Origin: Octopus vulgaris
Taxonomy: Eukaryota
Direction: 5' to 3'
NCBI GenBank assembly: GCA_951406725.2
Contig: OX597819.1
Location: 682,001-746,000 of the forward strand
Length of the DNA: 64,000 nt
Position 1 is the first letter of the stretch. The number at the start of each line of letters is the position of its first letter. The position numbers were made by a program, and so were the translations under genes. The notes beneath the pieces are model-generated. The model did not search any database. It saw nothing but the letters and a program-made list of their open reading frames with translations, and had not been told where the DNA came from. Positions 18,874 to 35,649 of this stretch are shown in pieces.

Positions 18874-18972
18874 GGATGAAATTTGAATTATAACGTCGGA
18901 TGTAATCAATTGAACCACACGCGTATTTATCGTTATGGTAAAATCTGGTGTGTGATTGAGTGGATTTCATCC

Positions 18973-19067
18973 AGATAGTTTTGGCTGACGAGCTACAAGT
19001 GGATTTTTTTTGTAAGTAAAATTACATTTAATTCATTAATAGCGAAACAATTGTCACAAAATAATCT
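18973..19067 (+). ncRNA. Type I hammerhead ribozyme, copy 5
   Basis: AGATAGTTTTGG CTGACGA (18985-91) GCTA...TAGC GAAAC (19044-48) AATT GTC (19053-55) ACAAAATAATCT. Confidence 0.75.
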
Positions 19068-20800
<1,733 letters not shown>

Positions 20801-20801
20801 G

Positions 20802-20912
<111 letters not shown>

Positions 20913-20915
20913 ATG

Positions 20916-20954
<39 letters not shown>

Positions 20955-20965
20955 ATATATATATG

Positions 20966-21004
<39 letters not shown>

Positions 21005-21155
21005 TGTGTGTGTATATATATATATATATGTATATGTTATATATATGTATATATATATATATATATGTATATGTTATATATATATGTATATATATGTTAT
21101 ATATATATATATATATGTTATATATATATATATATGTTATATATATATATATATG

Positions 21156-21194
<39 letters not shown>

Positions 21195-21211
21195 ATATAT
21201 ATATATATATG

Positions 21212-21342
<131 letters not shown>

Positions 21343-22235
21343 GATTGATTGATTGATTGATTCTAGTTTCAACTTATGAGCTGTGGCCATGCTGGGGCAC
21401 CGCCATTTGGTGTTGCTACTTGGTTTCACTTCATGGAGGCTTTCTAGCAACTGCTATTTGGTGCATGAGAGAGTTCGATGCAGCTGCCCTCATCTGCCCC
21501 TCCTGCCGTGAAGTTGGTTCATCTGGGACACCTGACAGGAAGAGATCCAGCTTCATTTTAAAGACATCTGTATCCGCCCCATGCAGGTCTCTCAGGTTCT
21601 TCGGGAGGATATTGAAGAGCTGTGGGCCTCGGAAGCCCAGGCTATCACAGAATCTTGTCCTACATCTTGATGGCAGGTTTGGAGTCCTAGGCACCACGCA
21701 GTGGCGCCCAGTTCTGGCATTTGCATAACTCTCGATGCCAAAGTTCAGGACACTTCCTCCAGGATCTTCCAGATGTATATTATGGCATATCTTTTCCCGC
21801 CTACGCTCCAGGGAATATAATTTTAATCTCTGAGTCTTTCCCAGTAGCTTACATTCTGCATAGAGGCTATCTTCTTTGTGTAGCTTCGTTGATCGCCTCA
21901 AGTTCTGTGATCAACTTGACACTGGATGGTGACCATAGCTGAGAGCAATAGTCAAAGTGGCTTAGGACAAGTGTCTTCCAGAGGACCGTCATGGTTTCTT
22001 GTTCTCTTGTTCTAAAGGTTCTAAGAATCCATCCAGCCAGCCGTCTACATTTCATTGTCAGTTTAGCAACATGTACATGAAAGGTCGCGTCATCACTCAT
22101 GTGAATACCCAGGTCACGCACTGATTGTGCCCTCTGGGATTGCAATCCCTCCGGGTCCAGTGTATTCATTGGGTATTGCATTCAGTTTTGCATGCTGATA
22201 GTAAAAAGCTTGAAACTTTCCAGCATTGAACTGCT
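21343..22235 (-). mobile_element. LINE-A 3' fragment, duplicate of 16223-17109
   Basis: Same truncation (ttgaactgct|tata) and shared variants (HGADTD, ETMTVL). Confidence 0.92.
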
Positions 22236-22310
22236 TATATATTTATATATATATAAATATATAAATATATATATATATATACATAAATATATAAATATAT
22301 ATATATATAA

Positions 22311-22377
<67 letters not shown>

Positions 22378-22426
22378 TATAAATATATATATATATATAA
22401 ATATATAAATATATATATATATATAA

Positions 22427-22486
<60 letters not shown>

Positions 22487-22502
22487 TATAATATATATAT
22501 AT

Positions 22503-22533
<31 letters not shown>

Positions 22534-22590
22534 AATACATAAATATATATATATATATAAATATATAAATACATATACATATATATAAAT

Positions 22591-22625
<35 letters not shown>

Positions 22626-22652
22626 AATACATATATATATATATATAAATAC

Positions 22653-22706
<54 letters not shown>

Positions 22707-22770
22707 AATATATATATATAAATATATAAATATATATATATATATAATATATAAATATATATATATATAA

Positions 22771-22853
<83 letters not shown>

Positions 22854-22871
22854 TATATAATATATATATAA

Positions 22872-22957
<86 letters not shown>

Positions 22958-22964
22958 TATATAT

Positions 22965-23115
<151 letters not shown>

Positions 23116-23153
23116 TATATATATAAATATATAAATATATATATATATATATA

Positions 23154-23242
<89 letters not shown>

Positions 23243-23253
23243 TATAAATATAC

Positions 23254-23284
<31 letters not shown>

Positions 23285-23285
23285 A

Positions 23286-23438
<153 letters not shown>

Positions 23439-23443
23439 TATAC

Positions 23444-23591
<148 letters not shown>

Positions 23592-23601
23592 AATATATAT
23601 A

Positions 23602-23739
<138 letters not shown>

Positions 23740-23787
23740 TATATATATACATAAATATATAATATATATATATATAAATATATAAAT

Positions 23788-23818
<31 letters not shown>

Positions 23819-24244
23819 AATATATAAATATACATATATATATAAATATATAAATATATATATATATATAAATATATATATATATAAATACATAAATATA
23901 TATAAATATATAAATATATATATATACACATAAATATATAAACATATATATATATATATAAATACACATATAAATACATAAATATATATATATACACATA
24001 AATATATAAACATATATATATATATATAAATACACATATAAATACATAAATATATATATATACACATAAATATATAAATATGTATAAATACACATAAATA
24101 TATAAATATGTATAAATACACATAAATATATAAATATGTATAAATACACATAAATATATACATATGTATAAATATATATAAATATATATATACATATATA
24201 AATACATATATAAATATATAAATATATAATATATATATATGTTT

Positions 24245-24333
<89 letters not shown>

Positions 24334-24409
24334 ATATATATATATATATGTGTGTGTTATATATATATATATAGTGTGTGTGTTATAAATATATAGATAT
24401 ATATATATA

Positions 24410-24471
<62 letters not shown>

Positions 24472-24577
24472 CACATCAAAAATCTTGCAAAACAAATATA
24501 TATATATGTAATATGTATATATATATATATGTAATATGTATATATATGTAATATGTGTATATATATATATATATGTA

Positions 24578-24616
<39 letters not shown>

Positions 24617-24656
24617 ATATGTGTATATATATATATATATATATATGTAATATGTG

Positions 24657-24690
<34 letters not shown>

Positions 24691-25368
24691 ACCCGCTTGG
24701 GTTATAAAAAACATTAAGTCAAACCCAAAGACCTTCTTTCATTATGCAAAAGAAATAGCCTCAGTACACTGCAAGATAGGACCCCTCTTCCAAAAGGATG
24801 GCTCCCTCACAGACAGTCCAACTAGTATCAGTGAGTTACTGAATGATCAGTTCAAAAGTGTTTTTACCATCCCATTGAAACAGAGACAAGTGAATGAACC
24901 AGTGGACTTCTTTGCCGCCTCACCTATAACCAGCGAGGCAGTTAGAATGGAATGCATTGACATTAGTGGAGAAGACATACTATTAGCCATTGATGAAGTG
25001 GACACAAACTCAACTGCTGGTCCTGATGGTTTCCAAGCAATCCTCCTTAAATCGTTAAGCATATGCTGGCAAAACCCCTCCAGATTCTCTTCCAGAGCTT
25101 TCTTGCAAATGGCAGACTGCCAAGCAAGTTGAAGGAGGGAATAATATGCCCAATCCATAAAGGGGGAAGTAGAGCAAATGCCAAAAACTAAAGACCTATC
25201 TCTCTGACTTCACACATCAGCAAAGTCATGGAACGGATAGTCAGAGGGAAACTAATCACATTCCTTGAAAAAAATAACTTGCTGAGTGATATCCAGCATG
25301 GCTTTCGACCAAGTAGGAGCTGCCTGACCCAGCTCTTACAACATTATGACTGGGTGTTGAGACAGTTA

Positions 25369-26661
25369 CGAGGGGCGTTCAATAAGTAATGCCCCTGACC
25401 CACTTCCCATAGCAGTAGAGCAGCGAAACTTGGAACAGTTATTAGTCTTTTTCTACATAGGAACCACCCAGAGTTACGCATTTCTCCCATCGTTTGATGC
25501 AGCTCTGAAGACCGTTTTTGTAGAAGACCCCAGCTTGGTCCTCCAACCACGACGTGACTTCAGAAATCAAGGCTGCATCATCTGGGAAACGCTTTCCTTT
25601 CAAAAACAACTTCATGGCTGGGAAGAGGTGAAAATCAGAGGGTGCAAGGTCAGGAGAGTAGGGGGGATGGGGGATGAGTTCATAGCCGCACGCCTGTGCT
25701 TCTGATCTGGCGACACGCGAGTTGTGGATCGGAGCGTTGTCCTGCAGGAGGAGGATGCCTTTGCTGATCTTGCCCCGCCTCTTGATTTTGATAGCTTCTC
25801 TTAATTTCCTCAAAAGTGAAGCATAATAGACTCCTGTAATTGTGGCACCCTTTGCCAGGAAATCTGTCTTCACTACTCCGTCCTGGTCCCAGAAGACTGT
25901 AAGCATGACCTTGCCAGCGGAGGGCTGCACCCTTGCCTTCTTTGGAGGAGGTGAGTCACGGTGCTTCCACTGCATTGACTGGGCTTTGGTCTCTGGATCA
26001 TAGTGATGGACCCAGGTTTTATCCTATGCAATCAGTCTTTTGAAAAATTTTGACTCATCTTCTTGGCACATCTCCAAATTCATCCTCGAGCAATCGACGC
26101 GTTCTTGCTTCTGGAAAGGTGTGAGCAACCTGGGAATCCATCTGGCAGACACCTTTTGCATATGCAAATGGTCATGAATGATAGTTTCCACAGACTCGGT
26201 ACTAATCTTGACCTCATGGGCTATTTGGCGAATAGTTATGCGTCGATCTTCCAAAATGGCAGCCTCAACTTGACAGACAGATGCCTCATCAATGGCAGAA
26301 GGGGCGACCAGATCTGGGAGCTGTTTCCACAGAGTTCCGACCATGTTTGAATTCACGATGCCAGCGTTTTACAAGGTCATATGATGGGGCATCATCACCA
26401 TAAGTTACAATTTCATTTCATCAAAAGTCTCCCGTGGTGTGCGTCCTTTCAAATACAAAAACCGGATCACTGCTCGACACTCAACATGCTCCATTTCACA
26501 CTTGACTCAGTTCAAACACCTGTAAATCGGAAACCACAATTAGTTCAGAGCTGTAATTTGCCACTTAATCTATAGAGATATAAATAATTGCACATGCAAA
26601 ATTTCAGCTAGATCAAACAACTGCAAGTGGGTCAGGGGCATTACTTATTGAACGCCCCTCG
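25369..26661 (-). mobile_element. Mariner (DD34D) DNA transposon, 1293 bp
   Basis: Perfect 37-bp TIRs CGAGGGGCGTTCAATAAGTAATGCCCCTGACCCACTT; TA target duplication at 25367-68 and 26662-63. Confidence 0.96.
25442..26494 (-). pseudogene. Mariner transposase, disrupted
   Basis: MEHVECRAVIRFL..., WIPRLL, QDNAPIH...HPPYSPDLAPSD (D34D spacing). In-frame stop at 26024-26026 and a frameshift near 26320-26400. Confidence 0.9.
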
Positions 26662-27137
26662 TACTCAACAACTCAAATGTGGACGTAATATACCTTGATT
26701 TTGCAAAAGCTTTTGACAAAGTGGATCATGGTATGATATGCCACAAATTGTGTGAATTCGGCATAGCTGGAAAACTTGGAGAGTGGTTATAAGATTTTCT
26801 GAAAGATAGAAGTGAGGCAGTAGTGGCTAATGGAGCCACCTCTATGAAAACACAAATAGTGAGCGGTGTTCCACAGGGCACTGTTTTGGGACCACTGTTT
26901 TTTATAGTGGCCCTCTCAGATATGCCCTCAAGTGCCTAGATAGCCACTCTTGCAAGCTACGCAGACGATATGAAAATCTCGCAGAAAATACAGAACCCCA
27001 GCGATGTTGCACATCTGCAGCAGGAGTTGGACTCAATTTACAGATGGGCTGAGGATAATAATATGCAGTTTAATGCTGAAAAATTCCAAACCCTGCACTA
27101 CCAGCATCCAAAACTGAATATGAAACTTACTATTATA

Positions 27138-27298
27138 GGTGCAGGAGTGGCTGTGTGGAAAGTAGCTTGCTTACCAACCATATGGTTCTGGGATCATTCC
27201 CACTGTGTGGCACCTTGGGCAAGTGTCTTCTACTATAGCCTCGGGCTGATCAAAGCCTTGTGTTGGATTTGGTAAACGGAAACTGAAAGAAGCCCGTC

Positions 27299-27343
<45 letters not shown>

Positions 27344-27565
27344 CATGTATGTGTGTGTATGTGTTTGTGTGTCTGTGTTTGTCCCCCCAACATAGCTTGA
27401 CAACCGATGCTGGTGTGTTTACGTCCCCGTAACTTAGCGTTTCGGCAAAAGAGACCGATAGAATAAGTACTAGGCTTACTAAGAATAAGTCCTGGGGTTG
27501 ATTTGCTTGACTAAAGGTGGTGCTCCAGCATGGCCACAGTCAAATGACTAAAACAAGTAAAAGAG
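27138..27565 (+). mobile_element. tRNA-derived SINE (octopus-type), full length
   Basis: Head ggtgcaggagtggctgtgtgg..., central TA/TG microsatellite, 3' gtgctccagcatggccacagtcaaatgact...gtaaaagag. Confidence 0.85.
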
Positions 27566-29123
27566 GGTACACTGGTCCACAAGGAATTTCAATCCCAGAG
27601 CCTAAGTGAGGGACCTGGGTATCGACATGAGTGATGATACCTCTTTCCAAGTGCACATAACCAGAATGGCGACAAAGTGCAGACGACTGGCTGGATGGAT
27701 CCTGAGAACATTCAGAACCAGAATTAGGAAACCACGATGGTCCTCTGGAGGACATTCATCCTCAACCACCTGGATTACTGCTCATAGCTATGGTCACCCA
27801 CCAGTGTGAAATTAACAGCGGACCTTGAAGCAATCCAGAGAAGATTCACCAAGAAGATTGTCTCTTTGCAACTGCTCAGCTACATGACAATAGTGGACTC
27901 TATGGAATGCATATGTTATTCTCATTATGCTCATCTTAACTTTTTCTTCTTGCTAAAAACATTTTAAAAATTAGCAATTCACTAAGACATAAAAGTGGAA
28001 AGATAATACAGATACTCATTGCTGAAATACATTCAGACATAACTCAGAAGCAATATCTTAAACTAAAATAATATTTCATAAATTTTCTGTTTCTTTGGTA
28101 TTTAAAAATTTTATAAATGGCCTTGACTAATTTTATTCAATATTTATATCTATACTTAAACTAATAGCTTCAATAATACTGAAGAGATATTTGTTTTAAT
28201 GAGAATGCATACTTGTAACATTAACAAAGGCATGATGATTTAGGATAAATTAGGAGTTTCTGATTGAAAAACTAATAAAAAGACAACAAATTAAGCCAGA
28301 CTCTTAATTATGAATGCAGATACATAGTTCTTATCATCCCTATCACTAATCCATTTGTTGAGCTAAAGACAAAAACAATGTGAGATAGTTAACACATGTA
28401 AATAATAAAAGAAACTGTGTCATTCTATTAATACTTTAAAGACAGATTAGCACAATTTATAGTCAATGACTAAGATATCCTCTCCTCCCTATCAAAATAC
28501 TCCATTCATTGAAAGCTTTTATTTCATCGAAATAGAATTTAGGACCAAAAGATAATGTAAAATACAAACTCTGATAGGTTTTACACAAAACTTATAAATA
28601 TCTAAACATAATTTGTTCTAAGAATTAGTATGATAATGTAAAAATACTCTATTTAAAATAAAATTAATCAGAAAGAAAGTACTGTGTAACACTTTAATTT
28701 ATGAAATTAAACTATCTTAGGCAAAAGCATGACTGTGTGGTTATGAAGCTTGGTTTGCAGTCACATGCTTTTGGGTTCAGCCCTACAGCACAGGTCTTCT
28801 ACTTTAACCCCAGTCAACCAATACTTTGTGAGTGAATTTAGTAGATAAAAACTGTGTGAAAGCTTGTTGTGTGTGCGTGCGTGAATTTCTGGCTGAATTT
28901 GAACTTTGACTATAACTAATTACCACATCAAATTTTCTATTGTTATTTCCATCTTACAATTAATGAAAATAACAACTCTTAAAAATACATGGACAAACAA
29001 AAGCTATATGTGAGATATGGAAAAACAATATGGGAACCACAAAAAGATAAAAAGTTCTAGAACTCAGGCAAGAAAAATACTAAAAACTTTCTTAGAATTG
29101 ATGGCAAACTGTAATAAACATAC

Positions 29124-29235
29124 CTGTTTCTGTAATTGTTTGCAAATGTTTTAAAGTTTCTTTCACTTTTGTATAACTATCCATTTCCTCAGATATTTCC
29201 TCCTCTTCCTCGGGTGACTCTTCACTTGGGGAATC
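29124..29235 (-). CDS. unc-76: unc-76/FEZ internal coding exon (acidic linker)
   Basis: cattAG acceptor, GTATG donor; 112 nt, phase 0/1. DSPSEESPEEEEEISEEMDSYTKVKETLKHLQTITET continues MMQ as in FEZ proteins (MMQ-(E/D)SP followed by an acidic stretch). Confidence 0.8.
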
Positions 29236-30298
29236 CTAATGACAATAGTTAAAAAAAAAATAATACTCAATTTTGGAAGAGAAAATTGAATTCCATTTAA
29301 ACAGAAAATAAAATACTTAGACCAAAAATGAATTTACTTGTATCACACTAGATTAAGAATGACACATAAGTCAACAAACTTCTATGCCTGTATGCATGTG
29401 AAGGCATCTTTATTCAGAAATCTTTGTACAATTTAGAATCTGTTATTTATATGTGTATCTCAAACACAAATAGTTACTGCCCTGCCATGAAATACCCAAA
29501 CATTTCAATCAACTCCATTGCATCCCAAGCACCTTTTCCACAATACTGAAACACTGGCAACCCAATATCTATCTACATGAGTCTGGAGAGGGGCACTGAT
29601 GGCTGATATTAGATGGTATTCAATAGTGTTATGGAATGATACTGAAAATGCGAGGTGGATGACATGGGGAGGTAATTCCAAGAAGAGGGGAAACTGTAGT
29701 ACAAAAGGGCATGATGCGACTCTGCTGTCATATAATTATTATAACAACAGCTGAGGTAGAGTTAGTTGAGTGATAAATATTGAGAAGATGTGTAGACAAA
29801 ATGATATGCTTTTAATGACCTAATTTTTGCCAAGATGGTCAGGTCTTCTTGAGCACAGTAAATCGCCACTCATCTTGGTCTTTTGTCATCTCTTCCATGA
29901 GGTTCAACATCCTGAGATTGGTCTCTACTACTTTATTCCCTGTCTTCCTTGTTTTCCTCTTCCACAGGTTCCATCCACATTTAATGTCAAAGGCTTTCTC
30001 TGAGCCAACAAAGGTAGTGGCTTACTTTTCGCTAAATTCTCCTGAAGTTGCCTTTCTAGAAACAAAGCATCAGTAATGCTTCTCCATGTCATAAAACTAC
30101 AACTCGGCTAAGCTAATTCTTTTCCTGATTAGTTGAAGTATAACTCTTTCTCTAACTTTCATTACCTGGTCCAGCAATTTGATACCTCTGTAATTACTTC
30201 TCTTTAAGGCATCTCCTTTAATTAAAATGCTGGTGTATATACACACACCCATTATATATTTATATGTGCACATGCGTGTGTGCATGTATATATATATA

Positions 30299-31046
30299 AG
30301 GTGTTCAGGTTACATTTGAAGATTTTTTTTGTTTCCTTTTCACAGGAATAGATTGATGTATTGGTGAACAGTCAACGACATTGAAGAGCATAAAGATTAA
30401 AATTGTAGTTATGAAAATGTTAGCTGACATGGAGGATTGGGAACAATCTGGACATTGTGATGGTCTAAGGGTGTGTCTCCAGTGATGGTGATAACGTGCT
30501 GCCCCACATCTTTGAACAGGGTCTTTGGCTCCATTAAGACAGTTTTGCAAAGCTGGTGGAGACTGATCAATCCCAGGCTGGAGAGGGTTGCTGTTGGAAG
30601 GTTGTATGTATGGCAGCAGGATTCAACTCCTCACCATACCTCCAGAAAGAGTCAGAAGTGGTTGTCGGAGAATTTCTATGACTTCACCATCCTGAACTTC
30701 TGGCTTCCTAATTCCCTCGATTGTAATCCCATGGATGACTATGTGTGGGGATTGATTGAGAAAGAGACCAGCCACGCTGCCTGCAACTCAAGGCTGAGCT
30801 AGTAACAAAGATCAAGGAGGTGCTTGAAGATCTTCCCAGGGATACTGTGAGGAATGTACGTGTCAGGTTCTGGAGCTGTCTTAAGGCCATGGTGAAAATT
30901 GAGCCTGGCTACTCTGAGTAAACTGTTATCGCACAAGCATAATCTGGTGGATATTTTTAGATTTTTTAAAAACATTTTAATTTTTGAATGGAATACTGTG
31001 ATTTCTTTTCTTTTTATGCAAACTGTCAAATTTAGCCTGAACACTG
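30299..31046 (+). mobile_element. Duplicate copy of the DD37D element
   Basis: Near-identical to 24-771; part of the duplicated segment. Confidence 0.75.
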
Positions 31047-32151
31047 TGTGTGTATCACTAAATCCACCCGTTTTTTTATTCTCTGTTTATTTTCTCTTAT
31101 TCCTTTCTGTTGAAGAGCACAGGCTCGAAACGTAAAAGACATTCTCACTTTCCCGAGCATCAAACTAATACACCTGCTTGTTGTTCATACACCTGTCTTC
31201 ATCTTTTGTTTTCCTGTAAATTTCAACTATATATATATATATATATATATATGCCTCCCTCAATACCACTTCCCTCTCGAGGGGTCTTTGTCTTGCAAGT
31301 TATGAAGTGACCTTGTTGGTGTTGCTGCCACATAAAAAGCACCCAGTTAACTCTGTAAAGTGGTTGGCATTAGGAAGGGCATCCAGTCATAAAACCATGT
31401 CAAATCAGACTATGCTAATGCCAGATAAAAAGCACTCAGTACACTTTCTAAAGTGGTTAGTGTTAGGAAGGCCATCTAGTTGTAAAAACCATGCCAAAGC
31501 AGACAGTGGAGCTTGGTGTAGTTACCAGGCTTGCCACCTCCTGTCAAATTGTCCGACCCATGCCAGCATGGAAGACAGACATTAAATGATGATGATGTGT
31601 ATCATCACAACAACTGTTGTCACCACCATCTTCATCATCACCCACATTCCATGCTTATTTATGTCAGATCGGTTGTCAGAACCTGAGTCATTTCTTATTA
31701 GGTAACACTACTCTTGTACATAAATTGGTGGAGTACATGTTGATCTTACAATTTCTTTTGGGCTCAGTTTTTACAGTGTGTAATTACTGCATTTTATTGT
31801 GGTATCAGCATCAGAAGAGTCACCAACTATGCCATAAGAATAAAGAATACTCATTATTTCACAATGTGTACATTTGGTCAAACTGTGTGGAAGCCCATTA
31901 TGTACGTGTGTGTGTGTGTGTATCTGTATTTGTCACTCCTCACCACTTGGCAACTGGTGTTGGTTTGTTTATGTCAGTATAACAGCTGTTCACCAAAGAG
32001 ATAGAATAAGTATCAGGCTTAAAAAGTTGTGTATTGAGAGTCGACTGTTCAACTAAACCCATCAATGTTGTGCCCCAGCATGGCCGCAGCTCAATGGCTG
32101 GAACAAGACAAACACATATATACATATCTATATCTGTTTATCTATGTATTT

Positions 32152-32302
<151 letters not shown>

Positions 32303-34773
32303 AAAAGTGTAAACAAGGTTATGGTCAAAATACATTCCATAATTAAGCCAGTCTTCTGAGCAGCCAGGGAATGAGAATGAGTGAACCATCAATTAGTTTC
32401 ACTTTTCTTTAAAGCCACTTACTCAATCCTGGTCACTGAGATATTGTGGCAATCACTAAAAATATGTTAGTAACCTTGATTACAGTTTTACTCTTATATA
32501 CGCTGTGTCAGTGCTCCAGCTGATACAGATTTACACACACACACACACACATCTGTACATATACAATAGTTATGAGGTAAAGGAAGTGTAACACTTCTAA
32601 ACAAGTCTCATAAACAACTTTTCCAGTATACTTCATTAACAAAACAGATTGCATCTCATATCACATAATCAACTGTCTCCATATACTTCACTGGAAGAAA
32701 TAGATACACCTGCATGCTCAATAGTAGGAGTGTAATTTGACTGCATAAACTACTACTCCATAACAAAATTGTTTCTCCTATGCAATCATAGAAAATGCAT
32801 GTAAATGTAGAAAAGTAGGAAGTATTTCAACAGAAATTCAGTTGATTATCTCAGCTTTGAAGGTTCAAGCTTTGAGATTTTTCAAATTAAGATCAAAGTA
32901 AAAGTACCTAATGAGTGAATCAATTACACCATAAAGACTTCTGTTGGTTCAAATAATTCTCACATCAAAATACAACAACTGTCTGGCTTTGTAAGCAGGA
33001 CTGTGTGGTTAAGAAGTTTGGTGTTCAAACTAACTGCATAGCGTTTTGGTCAAGTAATTTTTATCATAATTTCAGATCAACCAAAATTTTGCCAGTGGAA
33101 TTTAGTAGACAGAAACTGTGTGAAGCTTGTCAGAGACTTTTCTTGTTTTGGTCTGGCAGACCTAATCTGTCACCCAGTTTAACACCACTATCTGGTCTAC
33201 AAGAGCCTCTGGGTGAGTCCAATCTATTACAAACATTTGAGCTCAATCTCCAATCTGAGAACATCTTCTCCCCTTCCTCCCACCTATCTCAAATGTCCCG
33301 AATGACTCATTGATGCTGCTGTGACTAAACCATATAAAGAAAAGAAACCTAATAATTGAGTAAAAATTCTATTGTTCTATACATATTTATATATTTATAT
33401 ATTAATGACTATATTAACCAATGGCTTATTAAGGAAGCTCAATTGATATTTGGAATTTGCTACTGTATATTACTTCTTATAATGTTTTGTATCTTTTCTT
33501 CAGCTAGATAAACAGATATATAAAGAACAAAATAGGATAGAAATAAATAATACATGACTCCTAATATCTTGAGTCAACCACTTCACTTCTAACATCTATA
33601 CTTGTAGAAATTTGGAAAGATTTTATGAAGAAAAAAAAAATTTCAGCAATTTTTCCACTCATGCCACAAAATTTTATGAATGAGTAAATATTTTAATAGT
33701 GCAGATATAGCTGTTTCAAAAATTTGTTTTGCAACCACATGGTTTGGGGATCAGTCCTACTGCATAACACCTTGGGTAAATGTCTTCTACTATAGTCCTG
33801 GGCCAACTAATGCCTAGTTAGTGAATTTGGGCGATGGGAACTGTGAAAGTTAATCGAATATATATATATATACGTATCTTTATAAGTGCATATGTAATTT
33901 AAAAGTATACTGGAAGGCACAACACATTGCCAAAAGGCTTGGGATTGAGAAATGCTTCCACACTCTATTCCTTTACTCCATGTAATCATAACTCTCGACA
34001 GGCAAGCATGTTGAATTTGAGCTGTATTATATATTCATAAGAAACGCAGAAAATGCTATTGATATTTTTTATGCGTTATATGACAAAAGCATGTCTCTTC
34101 AAGACACTCTTATGTTATATGATTTTCACTATTACTCGCCAATTGTCACTATTACACAAGCCAATACTGCAGAATAAGGGGTACTACTATTGCCCTCACT
34201 GAACATTAATTGCATCAGGCAAATGATCATATAATGCACCAAACTGTTTGGACTTTGACAGCTCCCAGGTTTGTTCTACCTGGAACATTGATGCTGGGCC
34301 CATATGATATTAAGCCTTCCTGCATGGATACACTGTGTATGATATATAATAATAGATGGAGTACCACTTAATACCTGCAGTGCTCTATATTGATTTACTA
34401 TTGTATTTGTGGAAGCTAAAAGATGTATACATGTGCATGAAAGTCTTACAGGGATGGCATGTCTGGAAATGGCAAGGTCAATTCCAGACATGCCTGTCTA
34501 TGCATACATATGTTTATGGTTGTGTGATTGTGCACGAGTACTTCTCTATCAAAATTTATTTTCATATTTGTTTTCAATCTATAAGAATCTCTTTAATGAA
34601 AAGCCCTTGTGTAACTTGGGGAAAACATTTGCAAAGTTCTAAGTCACAAATGATTGCAAAAGCTTGTATACAGTGTTTTTGGGAATGGTACAATACTTTG
34701 ATTTCTTCAGTTTAGTCAGTTACAAGTACATAATACACTAATTTCTTTTTTAAGTGTGTGTGAGAGAATGAGT

Positions 34774-34811
<38 letters not shown>

Positions 34812-35496
34812 AAGTGAGTGTATGTGTTATGTGTTTTTTATTTAGTCAAATTAGTAGTGGACAGCATCAACAGACATTGCAGGCTCCCTCACACTAGTTC
34901 AACTTGGTCTGTAGCTTAGTGATTGTAAGAATAACATGGACAGGCAAGTAATCTAGTTGTAAGTAGAAAGGATGAGATGAAGTGCTTAATACTGAGTGTG
35001 ATGGAATAAGACAAGGTAGGAATTGGATGGGTCATTAGATAGGGACAATATTAGTGATGCATTGGATGGAGGCAGTCATGATGAGCAGTGAATAGGATGT
35101 AGGATTGGTGGAACATTAGATGGGAGTGGATTGGGGCGTAATATTGATGAGGCATTAGGTGTGGGTAGCATTTAGCTAGCTGGTTTGGAAGAACAGGAAT
35201 TCCTGTTCCTCCAAACTAGCAGTGAAAGAAGAAACAGGGAGAGAAGACTTAGCATGTAGGTTAGTAAATCATAAGAATATGAAGACCATAGGTATATTTG
35301 AATAATTTACAAACAAATGTCTTAATCTAAAAAAACATGTTAATTCCACCAGGAAAAAAATATATGTAGAAAATAGGTTCTGCCAAGTAAATGATTTTGT
35401 ATTGAACATATGTTTTAATTATGTTTCTTAATCATATGCATTTATTAATTATATAATTTCTCAAGCTGATATTTGGAGGAAGCAATTATAACTTAC

Positions 35497-35649
35497 CTGC
35501 ATCATGTGCTCTATTTCATTAATGACCTCATCAGCAGTGGCCAGATGACCTTCATCTGTGTTAAGACTGGAAATAATCAGAGAGTGCATATCAAAGGCTT
35601 CTGCCAGTTCATCGTCATCAGGTAAATCCAGATCAGTTGTCTCTGTTTC
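35497..35649 (-). CDS. unc-76: unc-76/FEZ internal coding exon
   Basis: Polypyrimidine tract plus ttctcttAG acceptor, GTAAGT donor; 153 nt, phase 0/0. ETETTDLDLPDDDELAEAFDMHSLIISSLNTDEGHLATADEVINEIEHMMQ matches the FEZ motifs DMHS.I and TA..VI.EIE.MMQ. In frame with the 58308-58416 exon. Confidence 0.93.

Larger units (their letters stand above)
24691..27885 (+). mobile_element. Degenerate CR1-like LINE fragment (LINE-C, relative of LINE-A) interrupted by a mariner and a SINE
   Basis: RT remnants [15 protein letters not shown]...QL|[34 protein letters not shown] and YADD continue across both insertions; contains stops. Confidence 0.88.

Noticed and set aside
27900-29120. Search for the next unc-76 coiled-coil exon
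   Set aside because: No open, splice-bounded segment resembling the ELALRDELE-type motif was seen.
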